Shown here one piece after another: positions 44,942-53,556 of a stretch of 64,000 bases of DNA (its first letter is position 1; every line of letters begins with the position of its first letter). The notes below the pieces were generated by a model. It was not told the DNA's origin and did no database searches. It worked only from the letters and a program-made list of their open reading frames with translations. The stretch comes from an uncultured virus (IMG/VR IMGVR_UViG_3300020049_007132). Taxonomy: Duplodnaviria > Heunggongvirae > Uroviricota > Caudoviricetes > Crassvirales. Where the stretch lies: the IMG/VR virus record IMGVR_UViG_3300020049_007132, one strand, 5' to 3'. Made by a program: the position numbers and the translations under genes.

Positions 44942-47360
44942 TAACAAAAAACCTTCGCAGTTTGTAACGATTGATGATTGCATCAAACTTGCCCTTATTA
45001 ATATAAACGAAGAAGGAAATCATCTATATAACCGATTCAAAGTATGGTGTATCAATGGATATGAAGAATTAGGATATGATGTGTTGAAGCGGTACAAACA
45101 AAAATATTTGCCTGTCAATACAAGTACTAAAACGGCATTACTTCCTGATGACTTCGTACAATGGCTAAGAGTTGGTGTTATCAATCAGGGTAATGAGATT
45201 CAGGATTTAGTGGAGGATAAAAACATTGTCTTTACCCCAATAGCAGAAGAAGGATGCGACCCTGTACCTCATTGTAGTTGTGGATGTACAGACCCACTTT
45301 GTGCAGCAATAAGCAATGCAACAACAACCGAAGAAACAATATCTATTCCTATTCCTAATTACACAACATATTGTGATTACAATTATGCTTTTGATGCGCC
45401 GATTGAAGGTCAGTTTCCATATAATGTTACGATTGTAATTAATGGAGTAGTAACCGATGCGGAAACTATTACTCAACAATCCGATTTAGATACTTTTTTT
45501 TCAGATTTAGGTTTTACAAAAAACTCTAATACTGATTATTCTAAGTCAAATACATCTGACGTATATGGAAATTTAGTGTTTAATGGTGACTATTGTATTA
45601 ATGCCACTGTTTCTACCACTTTATTATTTCAAACTTGTACATATTCATTACCTTCGACAATTAACTTCAATGGAATAGATATAACATTAGGAGGTGTTTT
45701 ATATACATCTGCGGATGTTTTCACAAGTGTTTCTCAAATACTGTCTTTTTTAAACTCTGCAAATAATGGATTTGGTTTTTTTACTAACTCCTTTAATTTA
45801 GTTTATGCAAAGGCATCTACAGCAACGGCTACTTATTTTGGAACTATGAATGTTGATACTGCGGGAACTCCTGTTGCTGTTCCTGCTGGTGCATACGTTA
45901 ATAATACAGGTAGTCAGGTATTTGATTTGTCGCCATTAACATTTCCATTAGCAAACGCAAGCATTATAATAGATGGGGCAACACATACTAATAATTCTAC
46001 GCTTGCTAATGCTACTGCAATGGTGGCTTGGCTAAATGGATTAGGCAAAGCTAAGTTTACTCTTGTTATAAATACAATTACGGTAAGGCATGTAAGTGCT
46101 AACATAACTCCCGTATTCACATTTCCAACGGTAACAGTAACGATCACTACTAATGGTGTTCCTAATGTGTATTCAACTCCAACTAATAGTCTTGCAGAAA
46201 TAGTGACATGGTTAAATACGCAATCTTCAGGTGCTTTTGGAACTGATGGAACAAAAATATACGCAGTAGATAGTACAGGGCAAATTGTATATACATCAAT
46301 GGGTGCAACATGGTCAGGTGGAAGTGGGTCAACCTCGTTTACATCAGCTAATCCTAATGGAGCATTATTTTATATTCAGGGGTTAGAGGGATGTGTTGAC
46401 CAAACCGATACTAACAGTGTTACTCAAAGCGGGTGTGAATCAGTAGTAACATCATACACAAATGCAGATTATACAAAAACAACAACTATTTGCACCAATG
46501 ATGACGGAAACATAGCAGCACGTATTTGTGAGCCTGTAGTAACCAACCCACAGGAAACTTGTACCTATGTGATAACTTTCCCACGTACATTATCTGTTTT
46601 AGACAATCAGCCATACACCAATTTCTATTTTACAAAAAACAATCAGACACTAACAATAGGTGATGTAACCGATAGCACCGAACTTACAAGTATCATGACG
46701 GCTAACGGATTTTCACTTACGTCAAGTGGCGCAGCATCAATAGTATATACTAAAACATTGAGTGCTGATGTGTGGGATAGCGCAACATTTACCAATAGTG
46801 CCAACACCATTACTTCAATAGACTTTGTTCAAAGTTCATGTGCCGTACCTACACCTGTTGTTGAAACAGTTTGCTATGATACCGTTATTTGTGAAACAGA
46901 AACAGCAGAATGTGGATGCCCAACACTAAACAATGAAGTAGTAAATACTATCCAACAATGGAGTACGCTATTCAATGAGTTTATACAAAGGGATTTACAT
47001 GGACTTGATTGGCAGCAGACATTCAAACAGCCTCTTTCATGGTTTGGTTATTTCAATATCAACACAGAATTAGGCGTAATACAATTTGACAATCACTATC
47101 CCTTTGATACCGTTTACCTGCAATACTATTCAGCAAATGAAGTGAGTGGTGGTGAATACTTAGTGCCGATACTTGCAAGGGAAGCACTCGCAGCATACAT
47201 GGTTCATAAGTACACCTTTCATAAAACAAATATTTCAGGTTACGATAAACGAGCATACCAAAGAGCATACTACAACGAAAAGAAAAAGTTGCATGAGAGG
47301 ATGAACCCCGCAAGGTTTGCAGATATAATGTCAGTGACGCGAATGAATCCAAGACCATAG
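44931..47360 (+). CDS. Tail ring-like protein with a large repeat-domain insertion
   Basis: Ring-like N part (LPDDFVQWLRVG) and C part (GVIQF...VYLQYYS...REALAAY) are separated by about 550 S/T/N-rich residues. Confidence 0.6.
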   Translation: MWADNKKPSQFVTIDDCIKLALININEEGNHLYNRFKVWCINGYEELGYDVLKRYKQKYLPVNTSTKTALLPDDFVQWLRVGVINQGNEIQDLVEDKNIVFTPIAEEGCDPVPHCSCGCTDPLCAAISNATTTEETISIPIPNYTTYCDYNYAFDAPIEGQFPYNVTIVINGVVTDAETITQQSDLDTFFSDLGFTKNSNTDYSKSNTSDVYGNLVFNGDYCINATVSTTLLFQTCTYSLPSTINFNGIDITLGGVLYTSADVFTSVSQILSFLNSANNGFGFFTNSFNLVYAKASTATATYFGTMNVDTAGTPVAVPAGAYVNNTGSQVFDLSPLTFPLANASIIIDGATHTNNSTLANATAMVAWLNGLGKAKFTLVINTITVRHVSANITPVFTFPTVTVTITTNGVPNVYSTPTNSLAEIVTWLNTQSSGAFGTDGTKIYAVDSTGQIVYTSMGATWSGGSGSTSFTSANPNGALFYIQGLEGCVDQTDTNSVTQSGCESVVTSYTNADYTKTTTICTNDDGNIAARICEPVVTNPQETCTYVITFPRTLSVLDNQPYTNFYFTKNNQTLTIGDVTDSTELTSIMTANGFSLTSSGAASIVYTKTLSADVWDSATFTNSANTITSIDFVQSSCAVPTPVVETVCYDTVICETETAECGCPTLNNEVVNTIQQWSTLFNEFIQRDLHGLDWQQTFKQPLSWFGYFNINTELGVIQFDNHYPFDTVYLQYYSANEVSGGEYLVPILAREALAAYMVHKYTFHKTNISGYDKRAYQRAYYNEKKKLHERMNPARFADIMSVTRMNPRP

Positions 47361-47364
47361 TAAA

Positions 47365-47574
47365 ATGATTTTGTTAAGGAAGGGAATACCGATTGAAGTA
47401 TTAAACGAGGTAAAGGGATTAGTAAATATCGCTGATTTAAAAGGAGAGTTAGCAGACCGTTTAACTACTATTCACAACGAATACATAAATAAGCCTGTTC
47501 AAAGATCGGATTGTAAAAAATGTGTTGACAAAGCACGTTCTAACATAATAGATTTTTTGAACCAGATTAAGTGA
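47365..47574 (+). CDS. Small hypothetical protein (CxxC)
   Basis: 69 aa containing DCKKC. Confidence 0.55.
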   Translation: MILLRKGIPIEVLNEVKGLVNIADLKGELADRLTTIHNEYINKPVQRSDCKKCVDKARSNIIDFLNQIK

Positions 47575-50500
47575 TGGCACAAAGAGGCAAACAGGTTGTA
47601 AGACCGTTAAGGGTGAATACGGATTTGGCTAACGAACTTTTGCCTTCCGAATACGCCGCCTATTTGAAAAATGTCATCACCAACTACAATACAGGCGTAG
47701 GAAATTCAGGACAAGACCATAACGTAGGATTACTTACACCATGTGTTTCTAATGTGTCTGTTGACTTCGGTGGACACATGCCCGCAGGAACAAATATTTG
47801 TGTAGGTTCAAGATACGATAGAAGGCTTAATCAGTTTTATTGGTTCAACTATAACAGCGCAGGAAATCATACCATTTGGGTTTACAATGGCAATGATGAT
47901 ACCGTACAAAAGATACTGCAAAGTTCACTACTTAACTTTTCACCAAGAAAGTTGATAACGGCTATTGATATTGTCATTGCTGATGTGAGTAATGCCGTCA
48001 ATGTTCAAAATCTTCAAAGGTTACTGTATTGGACGGATGGAAATAGTGAGCCAAAGAAAATAAATGTTGACGTAGCACTTGCAGGTGGTTATACAGGACT
48101 TGATTTCCTTCGTACCACAGATGAGTATTTTCTTCGTGTGAAGTACCCACCGCTTGACGTTTTACTAACTAATACACTTGCTAACCCTGATACGGCATAT
48201 TTATACAACTACGTAGCAGAGAAACAATTTCAGTTTCGTTACAGGTACTACTATCAGGATGGAGAAAGGTCAACATGGAGCGCAATATCTTCATTTTACT
48301 ATACTGTTATTCCTGAAAAGAATTTTGTAGAACTTTCTCTTGACGCAGGAAGTTCACTTGTTACATTTGTAGAGTTGGGGGTAAGGCTATCCAATACCGA
48401 TGATTGGAAGAGTGCAATAACTATTTCGTATGATCTTATCATTAGCAATACTACTTATGCCTATGATAACGTAACGAACATATTCATATACAAGTTTTTC
48501 AATAACGAACAATACGGAATATTAGATCAAAACGACACCAATAGACCATATTCATTAGTTCCTTTAAAATCCTTTGCACAAAGTTATACCGAACAGAATG
48601 TTTTGGTTGATGGCAATATCTTAGAGGGCTTTGATAACTTCGATGCAGAACAATTAGCATTGCCTGATGTTGATGTGAATTATGCTTTGTATTCACCATT
48701 GACTTTGACGCTAAACGTATCATTACAATGGACGCTAACACTTGCAACAATAACTATTGATGTAGTAAAAATTGATGCCGAAACAAACATAACAACTGTT
48801 GTTGATACTGAAATAATAAGTGCGGTATCAGCACTTCCATATGTTTTTTCTACTGTTGTTACAGATGTTGAATATGGAGATATTTTCTATTTGACATGGA
48901 CAGGTGTTGGTTCTATGAACAACAATTCATCATTGGCAGGTGTATATACAAATATAACAGAAGACTTGTTTTGTGGAACAGGCAACTTTTCAGTAACTAA
49001 AACAAACGGCCCGCAACCAGGAAACGGAACAATAACATTCAACAATGAAGTAAGCGACCCATGTAGTGATTGGAGTACTGTTACAAGCCGTCATACTTGC
49101 CCAAACTATGCAGGTGCTTTCAAGCAATTAAAACAAGGGGGTGTATATAAAATTGCTATTGCAGGCTATGACCCTGCATTAAGACAAACATGGGTTCAAC
49201 CACTTGCAGACGGCAACATAACCATAGATGCCATTCAAGAAAACAACCAATTTCAAACAAATGAGATTGAGATAACATGGAATGGTATGGTGCTTCCCGA
49301 TTGGGTGAAGTACATAAAAGTGTTGCGTACAAAGAACTTAGTGATAGATAGAACCTTTGGCACAGGATATATTCAATGTTCAATAACCTTTGATTCCAAT
49401 ACTTCCACAGGTGGATTCTTAAAGTATGACGGCACTTCGGGAAACCCTGCAACGGACGTAATAAAAAACATACGGTTCACACTATCTAAGTTGATTGCAT
49501 TTAACACCGACAACTACGAAAACACCACTACCACATATACCTTCACACAAGGAGATAGGATTCAGTTTATACGTAATGGTGAAGGCACATGGTACAACAT
49601 AGCAACATACGGACTAATAGATGAACCACTTGCCACAGACCCCACAGAAACAAGCGTAACATTCCTTTGTGAGTATAATCCCGAACTTGCCACACTTGCT
49701 GATGGTGCATGGGTTGAAATTTATACCCCTGCAAAAAAAGATCAGGTAGAACTATATTATGAGGTAAGCAACTTCATAGAGATGACAGGTGTAAAGAGTA
49801 ACAACAAAGTAAGTGAACTGACAACTACGTTAAACACCTTTGACACCTATCCGATATTTTGGAATAGTCCTTACGTTGATACTTCCGTTAATGCCACAGG
49901 CACAATACCATTTGAGCATCATTCAATATACACAACAAAGATAGTACCGTCTAATGGTGAAGATATTGGAAGGATAAATGTTATCAATGTAAGTGCAAGA
50001 CAGTTATGGTATCCTGCAAGGTTAAGATGGAGTTTTGCCTATCTTCCAAACACATTTGTTAATGGGCTATCCATGAATGCAGAGGCTAACGTAAAAGACT
50101 TTAACAGGGCTTATGGAAACATAGTACAGCTATTTGATAATTTCTACAATCTACTCATATTACAAGAAGATAATTGTTTCAAATCAGTACTTGCAAAACA
50201 ACTTGTTACCCTTGCTGATGGCAGTGAACAGTTAGTAGCAACAAGTACATTCATTTCTAATCCTATTGAGTTAAGTGGTGATTTCGGTTGCCAAAATTCA
50301 GAGAGTTTTCAAGAAGATAATGGACGTATGTGGTGGACAGATACAAAACGTGGCGCATTATGTGAATGTGATTGGAGTAGCATCAAAGATATTTCAAGTG
50401 AAGGAAGCATCAAAAGCTACATATCAAGAAAGCTGAAATATATCTATAAATACAATCAGAATGAGCATACCACACAAACATGCTCGTATGATTTGGATTC

Positions 50501-51710
50501 TATGCCTACGATAGCGGTTACGTCAACGGTAAGAATGTTTGTTGATGGAGTGTGGGAAACAATGGTAGTAGGTGTTGAGATTACTACACCGACAGGACTT
50601 GCAGCACTAATACTTGCAGCAGGGTTAGGTACATTTACCGTTAATGGTGACTTGATAGAGATAGTGGATGCCGATAGTGTTTATGGTGATTTGGTGGTTG
50701 TAAATAGTTCGGGGGCTTCGATATTCGAGGCAAGCTATGTGTGCAACTTCGACTTTTTCACCGTTCCCGCAGGATATGACCCAAAGAATAAAATGTATTT
50801 GCCTACATTTTTCAATATGAATAACAAAGGCATTTACAGGTGGAACTTTGCAAGCGGATTTGACACAGGTGATGACTTGACCGTTTCGATAGTGATAGAT
50901 GGGGTAACTGAATCAGGCACATACGACATAAGCGATATTGATGATATAGTAACGGCATTAGAAGACCTCGCAAACAACACAGACGAATTTTCAGTAATAG
51001 AAAACAATACCGTAATTGATACACAGTCAAGTAGTGGAAGTGTTTATGGTACGGTGATAATCAACGGTGACAGCTTTGCCGTAGTAACAACAGATACCTA
51101 CTACTACATAAACAACGAATACGATATTGAGATTGAAAGAAACGAAACAATAGGCTATTCAATGATAGGTGGTGGTGCTAACGGATGGTACGGATTTACA
51201 CCTGAATACTACGGTTTCATTGATGCACAGCTTGAAGGGATAAGCATGGTGACATTCAAAAAAGGGTTGCCATACTTCCATAATCTTTACACCACAACGG
51301 ATTACAATGAGTTCTACGGCACTCAAACAGATCAAGTGATAACACCTGTATTCAATGGGCTTTCACCTGTCACAGAGAAAAGATGGATGACCATAGGCTA
51401 CAATTCAAAAAACAAAACAAGTACCAATAGCGGAACAAAGTACGAGGCGTATGCCGTTGCAACAAGTGATTTTCAGACCAGCACTATTCCAATAGCGGCA
51501 TTTGTTTTCAGGGAAGGGTTTTATTATGGTGTGTTTTTCCGTAACACGTCCACAGGCAGCGATATATTTTCAGGACAGCCATTAAGGGGTACATGGGTGA
51601 AAGTTACATTGGTAAGAGATACCGATGAAGATATACAACCTTTATACAATGAATTAAGCGATATTATTGTTAATTTTGAAACTTCTGCGGTAGCAGTCGT
51701 AGGGAAATAA
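47571..51710 (+). CDS. Tail muzzle/stabilization protein (P22 gp10-like)
   Basis: 1379 aa; LLYWTDG.SEPKKIN, FQFRYRYYY.DGE.S.WS, YG.I..L, FGC.N.ESF, GYDP, REGFYY, LRG.W. Confidence 0.75.
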   Translation: MMAQRGKQVVRPLRVNTDLANELLPSEYAAYLKNVITNYNTGVGNSGQDHNVGLLTPCVSNVSVDFGGHMPAGTNICVGSRYDRRLNQFYWFNYNSAGNHTIWVYNGNDDTVQKILQSSLLNFSPRKLITAIDIVIADVSNAVNVQNLQRLLYWTDGNSEPKKINVDVALAGGYTGLDFLRTTDEYFLRVKYPPLDVLLTNTLANPDTAYLYNYVAEKQFQFRYRYYYQDGERSTWSAISSFYYTVIPEKNFVELSLDAGSSLVTFVELGVRLSNTDDWKSAITISYDLIISNTTYAYDNVTNIFIYKFFNNEQYGILDQNDTNRPYSLVPLKSFAQSYTEQNVLVDGNILEGFDNFDAEQLALPDVDVNYALYSPLTLTLNVSLQWTLTLATITIDVVKIDAETNITTVVDTEIISAVSALPYVFSTVVTDVEYGDIFYLTWTGVGSMNNNSSLAGVYTNITEDLFCGTGNFSVTKTNGPQPGNGTITFNNEVSDPCSDWSTVTSRHTCPNYAGAFKQLKQGGVYKIAIAGYDPALRQTWVQPLADGNITIDAIQENNQFQTNEIEITWNGMVLPDWVKYIKVLRTKNLVIDRTFGTGYIQCSITFDSNTSTGGFLKYDGTSGNPATDVIKNIRFTLSKLIAFNTDNYENTTTTYTFTQGDRIQFIRNGEGTWYNIATYGLIDEPLATDPTETSVTFLCEYNPELATLADGAWVEIYTPAKKDQVELYYEVSNFIEMTGVKSNNKVSELTTTLNTFDTYPIFWNSPYVDTSVNATGTIPFEHHSIYTTKIVPSNGEDIGRINVINVSARQLWYPARLRWSFAYLPNTFVNGLSMNAEANVKDFNRAYGNIVQLFDNFYNLLILQEDNCFKSVLAKQLVTLADGSEQLVATSTFISNPIELSGDFGCQNSESFQEDNGRMWWTDTKRGALCECDWSSIKDISSEGSIKSYISRKLKYIYKYNQNEHTTQTCSYDLDSMPTIAVTSTVRMFVDGVWETMVVGVEITTPTGLAALILAAGLGTFTVNGDLIEIVDADSVYGDLVVVNSSGASIFEASYVCNFDFFTVPAGYDPKNKMYLPTFFNMNNKGIYRWNFASGFDTGDDLTVSIVIDGVTESGTYDISDIDDIVTALEDLANNTDEFSVIENNTVIDTQSSSGSVYGTVIINGDSFAVVTTDTYYYINNEYDIEIERNETIGYSMIGGGANGWYGFTPEYYGFIDAQLEGISMVTFKKGLPYFHNLYTTTDYNEFYGTQTDQVITPVFNGLSPVTEKRWMTIGYNSKNKTSTNSGTKYEAYAVATSDFQTSTIPIAAFVFREGFYYGVFFRNTSTGSDIFSGQPLRGTWVKVTLVRDTDEDIQPLYNELSDIIVNFETSAVAVVGK

Positions 51711-51713
51711 ATT

Positions 51714-52280
51714 ATGGACTTATTAGGAATAGGATCACTTTTGGGAACAGGTCAAGAACTATTTAAAATGTTCTATGGTTTAGGGCAAACTATTAAAGGC
51801 AATAAAGACCTCAATCAGTTAGAGGGAAACATGCCACAGTACACCGTAGATAGCGGTATTCAGGATAACGCAAACATGGCAGCACAGACAGCCTCACAAG
51901 GGTTTGGAGATGCCACAAAGAACTACTACGGCAACATGATAGAAAGAGGGTTAGGTTCAACTATTCAGGCAGGATTACAGACAGGACAAGGGCTTGAATT
52001 TGTGAACAATGCCTTTGGTGGTGCTAATGATGCCTTCATGAATTTCTTATCACAGGATGCACAACAGAAACTAAAGAACCAAGAAATATTCTTTAATGCC
52101 AACAAAGACTTACGTGATGAAAAGTTAATGGCATGGGATTACAACGAAAACCTACCTTTCCAACTTAAATGGAACAGGGCAACACAACAAACCAATGCAG
52201 GGGCGCAGAATATGTACGGAGGCGCAGCAGGAACAGCAAGTAACTCAATGGGATTAGGCGACATACTCGAAAATGGCTAA
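51714..52280 (+). CDS. Putative ejection/internal virion protein
   Basis: G/A/Q/N-rich 188-aa protein after the muzzle gene. Confidence 0.6.
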   Translation: MDLLGIGSLLGTGQELFKMFYGLGQTIKGNKDLNQLEGNMPQYTVDSGIQDNANMAAQTASQGFGDATKNYYGNMIERGLGSTIQAGLQTGQGLEFVNNAFGGANDAFMNFLSQDAQQKLKNQEIFFNANKDLRDEKLMAWDYNENLPFQLKWNRATQQTNAGAQNMYGGAAGTASNSMGLGDILENG

Positions 52281-53556
52281 CGGAATCACCTTTTTACCTG
52301 CATTCGGTCGGCAGGAAGCAAATACGGCGGTGTTACCTGAAAATAATCAGGTGCTAAATACCTATTTGGCATTAAGTGAAAAAAGATTTAAGGAAGGGCA
52401 AGAAGCATATAAACAAAAGCAAGATGAAGTAAAGAAAAAATTAGATGCGATTGATTTTAATTTGAGTGAAGTTGCCGAACAGGACTTTGAGCCATTGCTT
52501 AACAGGCAAAAGGAGTTGATGGAATTTGTTGACAACAATCCAGAGGCAGTTGACCCTAACAATAGTGAATGGTATCCATTGTATGTTGAAAGGGCAAAAA
52601 AGTTAGACCACTTAATCAACCTATCAAAACTTAACAGGGCAGAGCATAACGCATATAACAAAATGATGGTGGATAATCCCGAATATGCCACACCTGAAAA
52701 TGAAAAGATATTAAAAGATTATATGTCATCAAAGGTAGGGGAAAGGAATATGGATGGATTTAGATTACCTATTGAAGATAATCCTATTGCTGATGCAGCC
52801 ATTTTAGAAGACTTCCTTGTTGAAGGTAATCCTAAATTAACTATGACCAATGCAGGTTATGGATTCACAGAGCAAACAACAACAACACCTATTGATACAA
52901 AGGTAGTGGAGAACGGAATAAATGCCATGTGGAATAGTGATTGGAAGAAAAGGAGAACGGCAGAGGAAATGTACAGTAAGATGACACCCGAACAAAGAAA
53001 GGAAAAGGGTTTTGAAACACCATTTGATATTTTCAGGGACACGAGGTTGAAGTTAATGAAGTTAGACCCTAAAGTTAAAAAGGCATTTGAGAGGGTAAAC
53101 TACGCACCGCAATCACCAGGAAATCCAACCGATGGAGTAAGGTACATAGCAGAAAGCGCATTTAACATTTTAGACGTAAATTCAGGTGCTTATACCGATA
53201 CTGATAAGACAATGATAGATGGGAAGGAGTATTCAACGAGCCACTCATTTGACAGCACACCAATAAACATAAAATTGGCAGATGGAACACCTGTAACAAC
53301 AGCGATAACAGGAATTGTAAATATCGGGGGAAAGATGTACGCCAAGACAGTAGATAGGCAAACATCTACAGGAAGTATTGCGCTTAAAGACTTGATACCT
53401 ATTACTGATGTAAAGACACAGTTGATAATACCTTATGTTAATCAGCAATATGGCAGTTCACAAAACACAGCAGAGTTAGTACAAAAGTCACTTGACTTGT
53501 TTGATACCATGAATAAAAGCAAATCATCCACAGAATCAGGAATCCAATGGAAGTAG
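52273..53556 (+). CDS. Putative ejection/internal virion protein
   Basis: 427-aa helical protein; positional inference. Confidence 0.55.
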   Translation: MANGITFLPAFGRQEANTAVLPENNQVLNTYLALSEKRFKEGQEAYKQKQDEVKKKLDAIDFNLSEVAEQDFEPLLNRQKELMEFVDNNPEAVDPNNSEWYPLYVERAKKLDHLINLSKLNRAEHNAYNKMMVDNPEYATPENEKILKDYMSSKVGERNMDGFRLPIEDNPIADAAILEDFLVEGNPKLTMTNAGYGFTEQTTTTPIDTKVVENGINAMWNSDWKKRRTAEEMYSKMTPEQRKEKGFETPFDIFRDTRLKLMKLDPKVKKAFERVNYAPQSPGNPTDGVRYIAESAFNILDVNSGAYTDTDKTMIDGKEYSTSHSFDSTPINIKLADGTPVTTAITGIVNIGGKMYAKTVDRQTSTGSIALKDLIPITDVKTQLIIPYVNQQYGSSQNTAELVQKSLDLFDTMNKSKSSTESGIQWK

